Shown here in pieces: positions 26,543 to 39,124 of a stretch of 64,000 nt of DNA; within the stretch, counting starts at the first letter, position 1; each line of letters opens with the position of its first letter. Source of the DNA: Podarcis bocagei (taxonomy: Eukaryota); assembly GCA_964188305.1 (NCBI GenBank), contig OZ076886.1. The stretch is one strand, 5' to 3'. The notes below the pieces were generated by a model that saw only the letters and a program-made list of their open reading frames with translations, searched no databases and had not been told where the DNA came from. The position numbers and the translations under genes were made by a program.

Positions 26543-29500
26543 GTTCATTTCTGTTACCATCAGCAGTCTCTTACATCCCTATGTATCCCTCTTGACTTTG
26601 ACACTGGCAGCTAGGGAACTGTGCTCACAGAACAGCCGCAGAAAAGCTTTATGGCTTCCAAAACCTCCCCACCCCGCCTCATTTTTGTTTCCATTCCAGA
26701 TTTACTGGTGTCTGAAACAACACCTTCAGGGTGCTGTAATGCAAGAGCCAACAGAACAGCTGATGATTAGTTTACCTCATAGAATAATCCACTTCCCCCT
26801 ATACGCATGCCTGCAGAATAATTATAAAATACACTAGGAGCCTAGCCAGGACTAACAACCTGTCATTTCTTTCCTCTACTGCTGTGGTTGAAGCAGGCCA
26901 GCTTCACAGCAGACCCACTCTTGGCTGTTCTGTGAAACAGAAGTGACTGGAGACTGAATTAAAAGAACAGAAAAAAGGAGAAAAGAATAAAAATTCCTTG
27001 AGGCAAGTGTATCCCTTGGGGCTCTTGGAGCAGCAGGTCTTAATGTGGGAGGTGAGCTTTCCCTAGGGAGATCCTTGCTCCCAGAGCAGGCATTGACTGG
27101 GACTTGTCAGGATTGAGGGTGAAAAAGAAAAACATTTCCCCCAAAGCTTCTCTCTTTGGCATTTTAAAGGCTTCAGCAGGAGCCCCTGTGATCCTTCTCC
27201 TTCCTTAGTTGTTGTTTTTTAATCCCTTCACCTCTAAAAATAAGGGCAAGAGCAGGGCCAGTAAACCTACTTTCCCTTTTGCTTGGGCGTGTTTACAGAG
27301 TTATTTCAATCACTGCTCCATTACTCTTGTGGCAAAATTTGAATATTATTGTGAGTGAAGGGACATTTCACACACTTGGTGGTCATGCACATGTGTTACT
27401 GTGGGATCAGAACTTGAACACTGCACTGTAACTTCAACTTGGTCACATGATCGGAGATTGCGACGGAACAGACCAGTACATTTTATGTGCCTCCCTCCCA
27501 GTTTGGGATAACTCCTTTTTAAAGAAACTTTACCTGGAATCTTGAGTACTGATCTTACAGATGTGGCCGGAGAAATAACCAATGAGCATGTGTGGATTAA
27601 TGTATAGTCAATGAAAAATGTTACCAATCTAACAAATGGATTGATCAGATCTAGGGGTTACCATATTTCAAAAATTGAAAATCCAGACACATAAGTTATT
27701 GAGCTTTTTGCCATTTTTAAAGGAACTTTGCCAATTAATAAACACTTCCGACATACAACATCTCAGACAATTTTACGATTTTCGGAAATTCCACCCATAC
27801 ACTATTTCTGATGGATGATCCCAGATATGTATTGCAGCCCCATTATATCTCAACTTGAAATGCTCTGAGCATTTTACACAAATGAGAGTTTATATGGAAT
27901 GGGGTAAATTTTTCTGCAAGTCTTTGGAGAACAAAAAGGCCAGCCGGCTCCTACGGGGAATACAGCCCAAGGACTTAAATGCCTTGCTTGCGCATGCACA
28001 CACACATACACCATACACCATACACATACAAACATGACATGCACCTGAAGATAATTTGAATGATACTTCCATGATATAACCTAAATTAAGACAAATCACA
28101 GGGGGCTTACCTACACTATTATTTCAGGGGAAAACTGATGATAGCAACTAATGTACTAACTTGTTTTCTTAACACATTCCAGGAGTTTAACCAAAGACTG
28201 ATGTGAGTCAATTGCAAAAAAAAAAGATTCCCAGATTAATTAGGGCACTCTGGACACATTTCTTTCTCACTTTGAGATACCTGATTGTGCCAACAATGCA
28301 GCAGTAAGCAAAATTAACAGCAAGCACATAGTGTCTTGAAATAAGGTGCAAGGGTGCAAGTTCAAGGCACCCCGGGATTCCATCTACCTGAACAATAAAT
28401 TCAAACAGAAAAGTTGCACACCTGGTTATGAACCCTGATTTAGCAATCTTGGGCACTTCTGTGTTAAGAAGCCCATCATGTCCTACTATGCCCAAACTAC
28501 AGTTCCTTCTTTGTGTATTCCAAAATGCAGGAAGAGAGGGATGGCACCAATCTGAAACAGACTGCAACCCTCAGCAAAAATCTAATCTATGGGACCTGAG
28601 TTTGAAACAACCTTTCCAGACACTTCCCAGTATATAGCAGTTGCAGAAATAAAAAGAAGCTTTGGACCTAACTTTAATGTGGACACATCCATTCCAACAG
28701 ACCCCATTTGCTCATGTCAGCAATGATTTCCTTATAGGCATCCTGGGGATAGCCAATGTTATTGTTCCAATTATTTTATAACAACAGAATACATTAGATA
28801 GTTTCCCATCTTGTTGTTCTTGAATTTCTTGAGGTGCTTGCTCCTTTTTTTACCCTGCTGGCATAATAAAGTGTTTGTGCTGATCAAAATGTATTTGCTT
28901 TGAATGATAGATGTGCCATTCTATTTGATTACATTTATTTTGAAAGCAAGAAGTATTACAGGAGCTCTTTTCTCATTTTGGAATATTGCCCATATATCAC
29001 TTCCAAACCAGAATTGCTCAATAGCACTCCTTTTAGGGAGAAGAATTAGTCCAGGCATGAAGGCACACTGATAGATGTGCTCAGAACCGAGGATGGATGG
29101 ATCAGCCTATTTCAGCTCCAAATGCCTTCAATCCTAAATCCGTTCCATCACATTTTCTTTGGTGTTTTTTTTTAACCATGGGGAGGAGATGAATTTTAAA
29201 TGTAGGAGTTTTTGTTAGCATACACAGGTCCCGCTTACTAAACACATGGTGTTCACTGGAAATTGTTCATATAACGAGCCCACAATTTCCATTATTTTCT
29301 ATGGAAATATTTCTATTGTGGGACTTGCTCTCCACTCCCTCTCTCTGTGGTTTTTGCCTAAAAATGGATGTCACTGACCAGCGAAGCACAAACAAACAAG
29401 GAATTATGGAGGTTGGTGGTTTGGATATCTGAATCTGCAGAGCGTGTAACAAGGTTCCGGCATAATTCTTTACCTGCAGATGACTGAATTTTGGCATAGC

Positions 29501-31329
29501 AAGCATGTGGTTAGCAGGATCTGCATGCACTTTGCTCTAGATTTTTTGCATGCATTTCCTCCTTAACATATGCATTTTGTGTGCTTTTCTCCGCATTCCC
29601 CCCTTTTTTTAAATAAATAAAAAAACTAGCATACAAATTCAAGGTGCACAATCTGATTATGAATTTTCTTCCAGACCATTTGTAACTGTGAACTATGTTA
29701 GCCTATTTGAAAATGTGGAATGAATGACATCCAAATACTGACTCTTTCTTCCTAGGCCATCCATCTTCTGCATCCATCTTTTACATGTTCTAGGAGTATT
29801 CCTATTTTCATCTCTGAAATGTCAAATGGTAGGTGGGAGTATGTCAGAAATCCATACATTCTCTAAGTTAGGTGAGAGGATAAAAAGGCTTGGTTGATCC
29901 AGTAGTTACAGCTGGGAACTTGGACTAAATACTCAGCTTGGTGCCAAAAATAATGGAGGGGAGCTAAGACATGCCGAGTAAGTCAATACTCCTAGCTTCA
30001 ATGTCTTTGGAGAATTCATTCCACAGTCAGCTGCACAGGCTGTATGTGCAGCTTCATTGTCTTTTTATTTTTAGTTCTGTGTGGTCCAGCTGTTTCTTGG
30101 CTTGACAATGTTGCTCCGTTGAGCCTCCTGGGAGCATTACACACAGTGAGAAAAAGGCACACTTGTCTGTGTAGGATGCATCTTTCAGAGCGGAAGAAAC
30201 TGCAGGTGATTTTGCCTCCAAGACTAATGCAGCTTTTTTCGCTGGGCAAAGTGAGGAACCAACAACATTCAACTTCCCTGTAACTGAAAAAAAAGGGGGA
30301 TGGGAAAATACCCGGAGTCAGGACAGAGGCACACCACTGTGGAATCACAAAGAGGTACTCCAAAGACAAGGGTGGCTGTCATCTGCTTGACATTCTCCAA
30401 AGGAAAAGCCCAAAGGGTCTCTTTTTGAAGTTTGCGAGGTACAGCCTGGGGCTCTTCACAAACTGCCAACAAAGTCTTCTTCGTTTAAATGTTGTGTCTT
30501 GATCAAAATGCATCTCATCATCTCATGCTGACTCTTCCCCAACCTTACATTTGAAGGCTGTTCCCATCCATGTTGACCGAGAAAAGTCGTTCCAACTGCA
30601 TTCCATACCAATTGGCCTCTTCATTTCAGCTGCTGTAGCAAATTCAGGACCATAACTCCGTATCACCTGAGCTATGTAGCTGCTTTTTAAGTACAGGGGG
30701 TTTATTTTACTTTCACAAAAATTACCAGAGTGGGGGTCCTGATCCAGACTGGTACACCTGGATGGGGTGGGTGGGCTTTAACTCTTTACCTCCTTTGTGG
30801 AACTGATCCCGAACAGGCCCTTTGCACCTGCAATTTGCACTTAAGGGGGGGACCTCAATTTCTCTATGCAAATCAAAACTGTGGGAGGCCCAACCTGGAC
30901 TAAGTCCATAGAAGGACAAAGGACTTCCATGCTAGGGTCCCAAAACAGATCAGGGTCATTGTGCTGGCAATTCATGTAAATAAACCAAGAGTCATGCACT
31001 TAAAAGGAGACCTGCACAACTAAAGTCATGTGTAGTTTGGCCCTCAGCCACCCCACGCTCTTCCTGCTGGCTGCCTTTTGAGCAGCAGACTGAATTTTGA
31101 AATCAAGGCACTTAATGTTTAAAAGGACACAGGGACGTCGTTAGAAGTTCTTATTTTGTATTACCTGTAGTTTTATTGTGTCAATGGGTCCACAAATCTA
31201 TTCTGCATTGGGCTGGACGCAGTGAGGCCAATTTAGCTATCCCTTCCCTTACAATCTGGGTTGTATTCAATGTAGCCTTAATTAATTAATTAACTAATTA
31301 ATAAATAAATATCACACCCTCTCAATGAA

Positions 31330-32632
31330 GCAACTTTTAAAAAAGCACTCTTAAAAACAGTTACAGCTGGATTGTGTAAAACAGTTACAGTCAAAACATT
31401 GTCTCATGCAGTGATCTCAGGGTTGCCAGGAACAGTGTCCTTCAGATATCAAATGCGTGGGTAAACAGCAGTGTTTTCAAGCTCTTCCTGAAAGTTAATA
31501 CTGAGGGAGGTAGGCTCACCTCATCAGGGAGGACATTAACAAACGAGGAACCACCACTGAAAAGCCCCTGTCACAGGTCCACATCAGTGGTGGCACCACC
31601 AAGTACACCTCACCTGCTGACTGCAGGATCTAGGATGGTAGATACTGGGGAAGGCGCCTTTTTAGGTATTTGGGTCCCAAGCCATTTAGGGCTTTGTGTG
31701 CTAGTACTAACACCTTGAATTAAGGCTCACTAGCAGCCAGTGCAGTGCTTTCAGGGCTCGTGACACACGGTCCCATTGGGCTGCCCCATTACCAACCTCG
31801 CAGCTGTATCTTGCACTAGCTGCAGCCTCCAGATCATCTTCAAGGGCTGAATCACATACAGTGTATTACAGGAATCCAAACAGGAGGTAGCCAGAACATG
31901 GACAACTGAGGCCAGGTTAGTCTGATCCCAGGAATGGCCATAGCTCGAGAATCCACCTAAGGTGGGCATAAGCACTCCTAGTCAAAGAAGCCATTTGATA
32001 CTCCAGTGACAATTGGATTCCAAGAATACTCCCAAACTATGAAGCTGTTCCTTCAGGGGAAGTGCACCCCCTCCCAGAACAGGTTGTGCATCTATTTCCC
32101 AGATCCGGAAACCAATCATCCACAGTACTTCCGTCTTATCAGGATTTGGCCTCGGTTTAATTTTGTGCCCCATCCAATCCATCACAGCCTCCAGACACCT
32201 GTCCAACATCTTCAAAGCCTCTCTGGATTCTGATGAAATGGAGAGGTAGAACCAGTGCTTTCTTTTCTAGGGGTACGCATACCTCTAAACATTTTGTGAA
32301 CCTTTGTACTTTTGTCTATTTACCGTATTTATTTTCCCCGATTAGAACTAAAAAATGCTGATTTTCTTGAGTCAAAATGAGAGTACCCCGAAACATTTTT
32401 TTAGAAAAAAAAAAGCACTGGGTTGAACTGATGGTACCATGCTCCAAATCCACAGATGGGAGTGCTCAATAGTTTCATATAGATGTTAAATAGCTTGGGG
32501 GCAGAATGGAGCTTTGTGGAACCCAACAAAGCCAAGAAGCCAAGCAGCAATCTTGAAGTACTGTACTACTTTCTGGAAGCAACCCTGCATGTAGGAGTGG
32601 AACTACTGTAACAAGAGTTACCTCCAACTGGG
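31330..32632 (-). mobile_element. Degraded L2 LINE RT/3' region, interrupted by a MITE
   Basis: ORF fragments CLEAVMDWM...NPDKTEVL, LDSCNTLY...LQLVQDTAARL and VPQSSILPP are L2 RT-like and homologous to 53215-53940. Confidence 0.85.
32253..32420. mobile_element. hAT MITE (168 bp) nested in L2
   Basis: TIRs CAGTGCTTT/AAAGCACTG; 8-bp TSD GGTAGAAC/GGTTGAAC (7/8). Confidence 0.85.
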
Positions 32633-33894
32633 GTGCAAAAGCTGTGCATGAAACCAGGCATTTTGCCTGTCGCAAGGATTTCTGCTTCCACAATGGACCC
32701 TGCCCCCTTTACCTGCTAAATCTGTTCCAGGGGTTCCCACAACTGCCTAGAGCAGATTTGGGAGTGGTGTGGTGGGAGGAGAGGGGGTAAAGTCCAGTTG
32801 CATAAGTGGGAATTTCTGTGGCAGCTGAATACCGCTCTCTCTTTAGATTTAACACCCAAGCTCGAGTAGGTATCAGAGCTTTGCTGAGTGATCATAACCT
32901 GAGTGCTTGAATTTGTGAAACTGTTTGGAAAACCACAACCAAGTTATGCGCAATCTGTAGAGTCATCTGCTAGCCTTTCATGGGATTTTGTTCCTGGTTA
33001 TTGTAGAGGGACCTTCTGTCTCTAGCTCTTCTTGGCAGGAAATGTATTATACAGTGCAGTGCAACATAAAGACGTGTCCTTTGAAATGCTTTGGCTGGAA
33101 GGTGAAAATGAAGACTTTAAAAGGGTTGGGGTGGGGAGGAAAAAACATAATCATTGGCAGTTTAATGGCCCTATCCCATTTCAGAAGTTAAAAGAAGATT
33201 GATTAGGGTGGGGATGGGGATTATGTCCCCCCCCCCCCGGTGATATAGTAGATTGGTGGTTGAAATTATTTCTGATCCCCTGCTCTGTCATCTGCCTCAG
33301 AAGAAGGGGAATGTTTATAATTGCTTCTCCTCATACCCCCTGCTTCTTCATGAAGGTAGATGAGATGCGGGTGAGAATTCCCAATAGGTCATCACAGCTT
33401 CCAGAGCTCCCATAAAACAACCAAGATGCTTGTGAAATTACCTATCTAAAAGCTTTCTTTGCTGGTAAAATATTCTAATTACTACAGCTTAGGTTTAGGA
33501 GCTCCCTGTTCTGAATTCCTAATAGCTATAGGAACTGAGGATAACATTATTACAGTACTTCATTAATCCATCCTGCTGTGATGCAGGGCATGAAACAAGG
33601 CTTTAGTCATGTCTTAGCATCCCCATCTAGCCCCAAAGATCGTAAAAAGATGTAGAGGAAGGTCAGAGCACATCTAATTTGAATGGTAATTTTGTATCTT
33701 CACCTTTTTATGATGGTGTTTGCAAGATCTAATGCAAAGGACCAAAGGTCTGGTTTCCTTAATGGGTTCTGTGCAATGCAATTCAATTGGAGCTTGCAGG
33801 ATATAAGAACAGCAGCTGCTGCCGGTAGTATATACAAAACCAAGCAAGGTCTATGAAGCTGGAGATGCTCAGATTTTCCTGAGCTAAGCCAAGA

Positions 33895-34220
33895 ATTAAA
33901 ACTACTGCTCAATAAAACTGAAAATTTGGGATTTAGCACAGGCAAATGGAAGTACTTCTTTACACAACACATAGTTAAACTATGGAATTCACAAAGTCAC
34001 TTTGTGCTGACTGACCCCAAATTGGGCAGCTTTGAAAGAGGATTAGATACATTCATGGAAGATGAACCTATCAGTAGTTACTAGTCATGATGGTTACCTC
34101 CAGAATCAAGAGAGATACCACAGCAAGAGAGGACTATTGTACTTGTATCTTGCTTGTGAGCTTTCCAAAAGTTGGCCACTGTGGGAACAGAATGGTGCAC
34201 TAGACAGGTCTTCAGTCTGT
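33895..34220 (+). mobile_element. CR1 LINE 3' fragment
   Basis: aagtacttctttacacaacacatagttaaactatggaattc...gctttgaaagaggattagatacattcatggaaga..., the CR1 ORF2 end plus 3' UTR. Confidence 0.8.
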
Positions 34221-34800
34221 TAAGAAGTTATGTGAACTTCTTATGTGAACTTCTTAAGTTCACATAAGTAGTAGGGCTGCAGTGACGGAATGAGCACATG
34301 GATTTCTGTGGTCAACAATGGAAGGAATAGACATCATCCCAATGTATTCTATATATTTTATTATGTACAAGCAATACAGCTATGCTAACTAGACCTCTAG
34401 AACGATTCATGCCTTACTACACTTTTGTTTGCATGGGGGATTTAGCTGAAAGGGTTTGTCCATAAAGATGCAAGGAGCCAATTGGGGCACAAAGCTATTG
34501 ACCCAATGTTCATTCTGTTGTACTCTCTGTTTATTTGATTTTAATGCTAAGAGGTTGCCTTCATTCAATGGCACAGTTGCCCAATGTGCTCATTCCTCGC
34601 CCACCATTACAATTCTCAAGGAACTTGAGGTAGGTAGAGCACCTCACACTTAGCATGTACAAAGAAAACCAGAGGAAAATGTTTATTTTGGATGAATTAC
34701 TCCTCGATTAAAAAAAACCCCAGTGTGCTTTAATGAATGCCTTCTTGGATGAATGAGTTCTGGACAGCGGGGAACCAACGCTACTAGGAAACTACCAGAC

Positions 34801-34936
34801 CAGGCATCCCCAACCTTTGGCCCTCCAGATGTTTTGAGCTACAATTCCCATTATCCCTGATTACTGGTCCTGTTAGCTAGGGATGATGGGAGTTGTAGGC
34901 CAAAACATCTGGAGGGCCAAAGGTTGGGGATGCCTG
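34801..34936. mobile_element. Palindromic hAT-Charlie MITE (URR1-like), young
   Basis: Long near-perfect inverted arms beginning CAGGCATCCCCAACCTTTGGCCCTCCAGATGTTTTG; TSD TACCAGAC/TACTAGAC (7/8). Confidence 0.9.
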
Positions 34937-35633
34937 TACTAGACAATGTCTTTCCTATAATATTTTTGGACACAATTATCTTCTTTTCCCCGCTTTCCTT
35001 CCCTTTTTTTTTTGCCACAAACCAACCTCACCATACCAGAAACAAATCTCTCCAAAAACTCTTCAGTAACTGCATATCTAGCCATACTTCTTTCCTTCCC
35101 CTCACCCCCAACAAGAACAAACATACTCCATTTCAACTTCTTCTTGTAAATCATCCCTTTCAAATGCTGCACACCAGCACACACCACTAAAAGGTTTCCC
35201 TGCTTTCTGCAACAATGGACCTTGAAAGGCTTTGAGATCAAAACCCTGCCCCTGCAGAAGAATCCCAAATATTTTAAAATGTACAATTCCTACTGCTCCT
35301 GCTTTTCATGAAACAGAACGGAACAGTAAAGCCTTTGTTAATGACAGGGCTCTTTCCTGGGGAATGCAAAACGCCATGGTTAGAATGGGGACTCTCTGGA
35401 GGAAAGAAATGTGCACTTCAGTCGCAAACATCTTAAAAGACTTCTGAATAATAGGAAAGAAACAGCCTTTCCTTTTTCCTTTGATCTGACCTTCCAAGTG
35501 AATGGAAAACAACATTTATCTTTTGGTCCTCAGTATTGTAAAGGAATATGCAATGCTGCAAAGCCCAGCCTGCCCCATCTACTTTTTTGCTCAGCCTTGG
35601 ATAGATGAAGCACCTCAGGATCAACTTCTAAAC

Positions 35634-35982
35634 CAAGGATGAGGAATCTTTTTCAGCCCAAGGACCCCATTCCCTTGGGCAACCTTTGAGGGGCCACATG
35701 GCAGTGGCAGATGAGGCCAGAGGCAAAAGCGGGCAGAACAACAAGTGTAAAATTTGCACTTTGTACAGTAGGCTAGTTTCTACACACACTCTCACAAAGC
35801 CCTTTCTCTCCTTCAGCCTGGAGTCATTAGGCAAAAATTATCAAGGAGGGAGCAAAGAAGGGCCAGTGAGGGTTGTGGTCTGGGGAAGAGGTGAAACATG
35901 AGGAGAATCCCAAAGGCCAGGGAAAAGAGAGGCCTGGAAGGCCACATTTGGTCTCTTGGTCTAAGGAGTTCCCTCACCCCTG
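35634..35982 (+). mobile_element. hAT MITE (349 bp), older
   Basis: Termini CAAGGATGAGGAA and TTCCCTCACCCCTG; degenerate TSD TTCTAAAC/CTCTAAAG. Confidence 0.7.
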
Positions 35983-38050
35983 CTCTAAAGGGAGCTGTTA
36001 GGGATGGAGACATACGACAGCATCTTCCCACTTGATGGAAACTTCTGGCATTTTAACACTCCATGGCCAGGCCCCTTCATGGGAAGGAGCTAAGAAGCAT
36101 CTGGTTATGTTTCATTATTGATTACTTGCTATTATTAAGAGCCAAACAGATGCTGGGCCTTTCACAACGCTAAATTCCGTGTGGCTGTCATCAAGGAGCA
36201 GCTGCCGGTAGCTGAGAGAAAACCACATTATTTGTTTTTAAAACGCTTGTTGCCAATTTGGAAGTTTTCAAAGTTGTGAAGCAGGCTACAAGGTTACTGA
36301 AATCAATTATCCGGTCAAAATTGATAAGCACTGCCCACAGTGGACAAACAAGAAAGGACACATAGTTAATATGTATTGTTCCCTGGGCAAATACATCTTG
36401 TTGTTTCGTAATGAGATTCCTATTAAAGTTTTTCATAATACAATAAAATAGTGGCTAAAAAAATACAAATAAAATAAGCAGAATATGGAGTCCTCTCTTA
36501 AAAGGAATTTTTAGCCCTTACTTCCCACAGAAGAGAGTAGCTCCTCCCAGCTCTCACCTGATATCTTTCCTTTCTCCTCCCAACCTCTCACCCTAGGACA
36601 CCAGCATTTCCCGATCTCTCACCCGGGGTCCTTCATCAACCCTCTACCACCCCCATGAGCATACAGCAGAAAACAGCCTCAATCAAAGCAATTGAGGTTC
36701 CTCCCAAATCACCCTTATCTTTCAGAGTGATTAATAATAGACCAAAAGCAGTCTCAGGAGGCCTTGAGCTTGAGATGAACAGCTTAACCCTTGTCCCTCC
36801 GACCTCTAGCTCAAAATGGCCCCTACTCCCCCCTTCCTCTTGTTGCCGCTCATGAAATGCACCACTTACACACCTTTGTATAAAACCAGCCCTCAAACTG
36901 TGAAAGAACATTAAGAGACTAGATCAGTGATGTAAGGACTGCAAGAATGTAGAAAAGAAACAATGAAGAAATTCAGACTTAAGGCTCAACTTCAAATAAA
37001 TCCAAATATTTGAACATATGGAAGTGAGGAACAAAGTCATCCAAGCAACATTAACTTTGCCAACTGCAGTGAACCTCGAAAGAAACCCAGATATTGGGAA
37101 AGCACATTATAAAACACTGCATAAGTGAAGAAAACAGTGGTGCCTCCTAGTTGTATCCGTGTGTTTTAAAATAAATCTAAAAATACTGTGAAGCACATAC
37201 GTGACAAAATGAAGCAATCTTGATCCACTTTCCTCTGCATGACTTTTCAATTGCGGGGGGGGGGGGGGATGTTACTACACAGAAGGCTTTGGTGACACAT
37301 CCAAAAACATCTCCAAGACTCTAATGCCTTGATAATGTGTTCTGACTCACATAAACTAACTGAATGGAATAGCTTTACCAGGTGCAAACTGTTAATGGAT
37401 TATTTTGGAAACTCAAAGGGATTTTTGAGTGTGTGTTTTTAAAGCATCTGTGGCTAAAAAGGCTATTCATTATTCTCCAGCATAAAAGACATTCAAGGGA
37501 TACGGAGGGAGCACAGCCCTCATCATGCAGTGCCACAGAAGCCTCTTTGCTTCTATTTTCCACCCTCCCCAGTTTCCAGATGTGCCATTTCCTCTGAAGT
37601 ATTTCCTCTGAAGAACTCATCTCTTTGGGGTTTAAACATATACTGTACATCCTGGGGATGTATGTGTCTCAAACTGAAGAAGATGAAGAACCAAAAGCAT
37701 AAAATGTAGAGGCCTCACAAGTCCTAACTGCAGCCCCAAACTCAAAGGATGAAGGCTTCTGAAGACCTGGCACTCAAGCAAATGGCCTGGGTGCAAGCAT
37801 GTCTACGGTTCCCATTCAGAAGGCATGAAATTGGTTTCACACAGCAGAACTCCACAGGAGCCAAAACATTTGTAACCTACGTGGATGCAGACAATCATGT
37901 AGTGATACACCCAACAGGCCCAGTCAACATGGTAAGAAACTTACAACTGCTTTGGTCCCAGCCCACAATACGGGTATGCAGACATGTTTCAACACCTTCA
38001 CAAAGACACAGAACAACTGGTCCCACATCCTCCAGTTGTTGCATCTCCTC

Positions 38051-38137
38051 CCAGTCATTCCTGGAGATGCTGGGATTGAACATGGGGTGTTTTGAGTACA
38101 AAGTGTATGTTCTGCCACTGACTTACAGCCCTTCCCC
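38051..38137 (-). mobile_element. tRNA-derived SINE head (Squam3-like)
   Basis: The reverse strand reads GGGGAAGGGCTGTAAGTCAGTGGCAGAAC...GTTCAATCCCAGCATCTCCAGG, with A- and B-box-like motifs. Confidence 0.65.
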
Positions 38138-38508
38138 TAAAGGCGTGCTTGGCCTGACAAGCAACTCAGCAGCTCTTCTTTCCAGCTACAAATATTATCA
38201 ATGGTGCAGGCACGAAAAAGTTGGAAGTCCATCCCTACAGTGCCCTTTTATCTAACATCACAAAAGGCCTACCAAGGACTATATTCCAAGAATAGATTTT
38301 GGATCTCTCATTAGTACGAACTTTCTTCACCTTCTGATAACCTATTGGGTATGATGTGAACAGCTGAACAATGTATGATGTTAGCATGGGCATACAATGA
38401 GTTAGTGCATAGTGAAACAAGGAGTTTTGACAGGTGGCTGTTGTCAGCTCCTGAAAAACTAGGCCAGATACCTCAGCATCAGTTTCACTGAGATCCAATT
38501 CAAGATGA

Positions 38509-38554
<46 letters not shown>

Positions 38555-38574
38555 TTTTTTTTTTTTTTTTTTTT
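38509..38574. repeat. (TAT)n microsatellite joined to a T22 run
   Basis: Seen directly. Confidence 0.95.
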
Positions 38575-38750
38575 ACAGGAGTTGTCTCCATTAATAGACT
38601 GAACAAGGCCAGGGCCAAATAATACATTTTGTGTAATTCTATTTTAAAATGAATCTAAAAAATACAGCCAATGAAAAGGAAGGACACATATAAACAACAA
38701 TACAGAACTTCCAGTACAATAACATAAAAGCTGATTTACAGTCCTTCGTA

Positions 38751-39124
38751 CCATAATGGCCCGAATATAAGCGGCACCCAAATACAAGCTGCAGCTTTAA
38801 AATTGATGGGGGAAAAGAAAAAAAGGAAAAAAATACCCGAATATAAGCCGCTCCCTTCCTCGCTGCTCCTGGCTGCATACGGGAGGGGGGGGGAGCAGTA
38901 TTGCATTGCCAACGGCCTTTCCCCTTCCTTGCTCTCTCCCTTCCCAACCTTAGGGAAGGGGATGGGGAATTATGTGTAGGGCGGGTGCCGCTTTGCGGCG
39001 CTCCTGGCATTGTCTGCCCCGCGCTCCTGGCTGCATATCGTAAGGTCGTGAATATAAGTCGAACTTAAACTTTTCATGGTCAGAATTTGGGGGGAAAGAG
39101 CGGCTTATATTCAGGCCAATATGG
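38751..39124. mobile_element. Tc1/mariner-superfamily (Tc2-like) MITE, 374 bp
   Basis: TA on both flanks. 25-bp TIRs CCATAATGGCCCGAATATAAGCGGC vs CCATATTGGCCTGAATATAAGCCGC (22/25). An extra internal CCCGAATATAAGCCGC lies near 38836. Confidence 0.88.

Noticed and set aside
30722-30960. Segment that looks repeat-derived (possible retroelement UTR or LTR piece)
   Set aside because: No termini, TSD or second copy in the window, so it cannot be assigned.
38553-38580. T22-ACAG looks like a very strong splice acceptor
   Set aside because: It is on the + strand, antisense to MGLL, with no supported exon. It is better explained as a poly(A)/(AAT)n tract.
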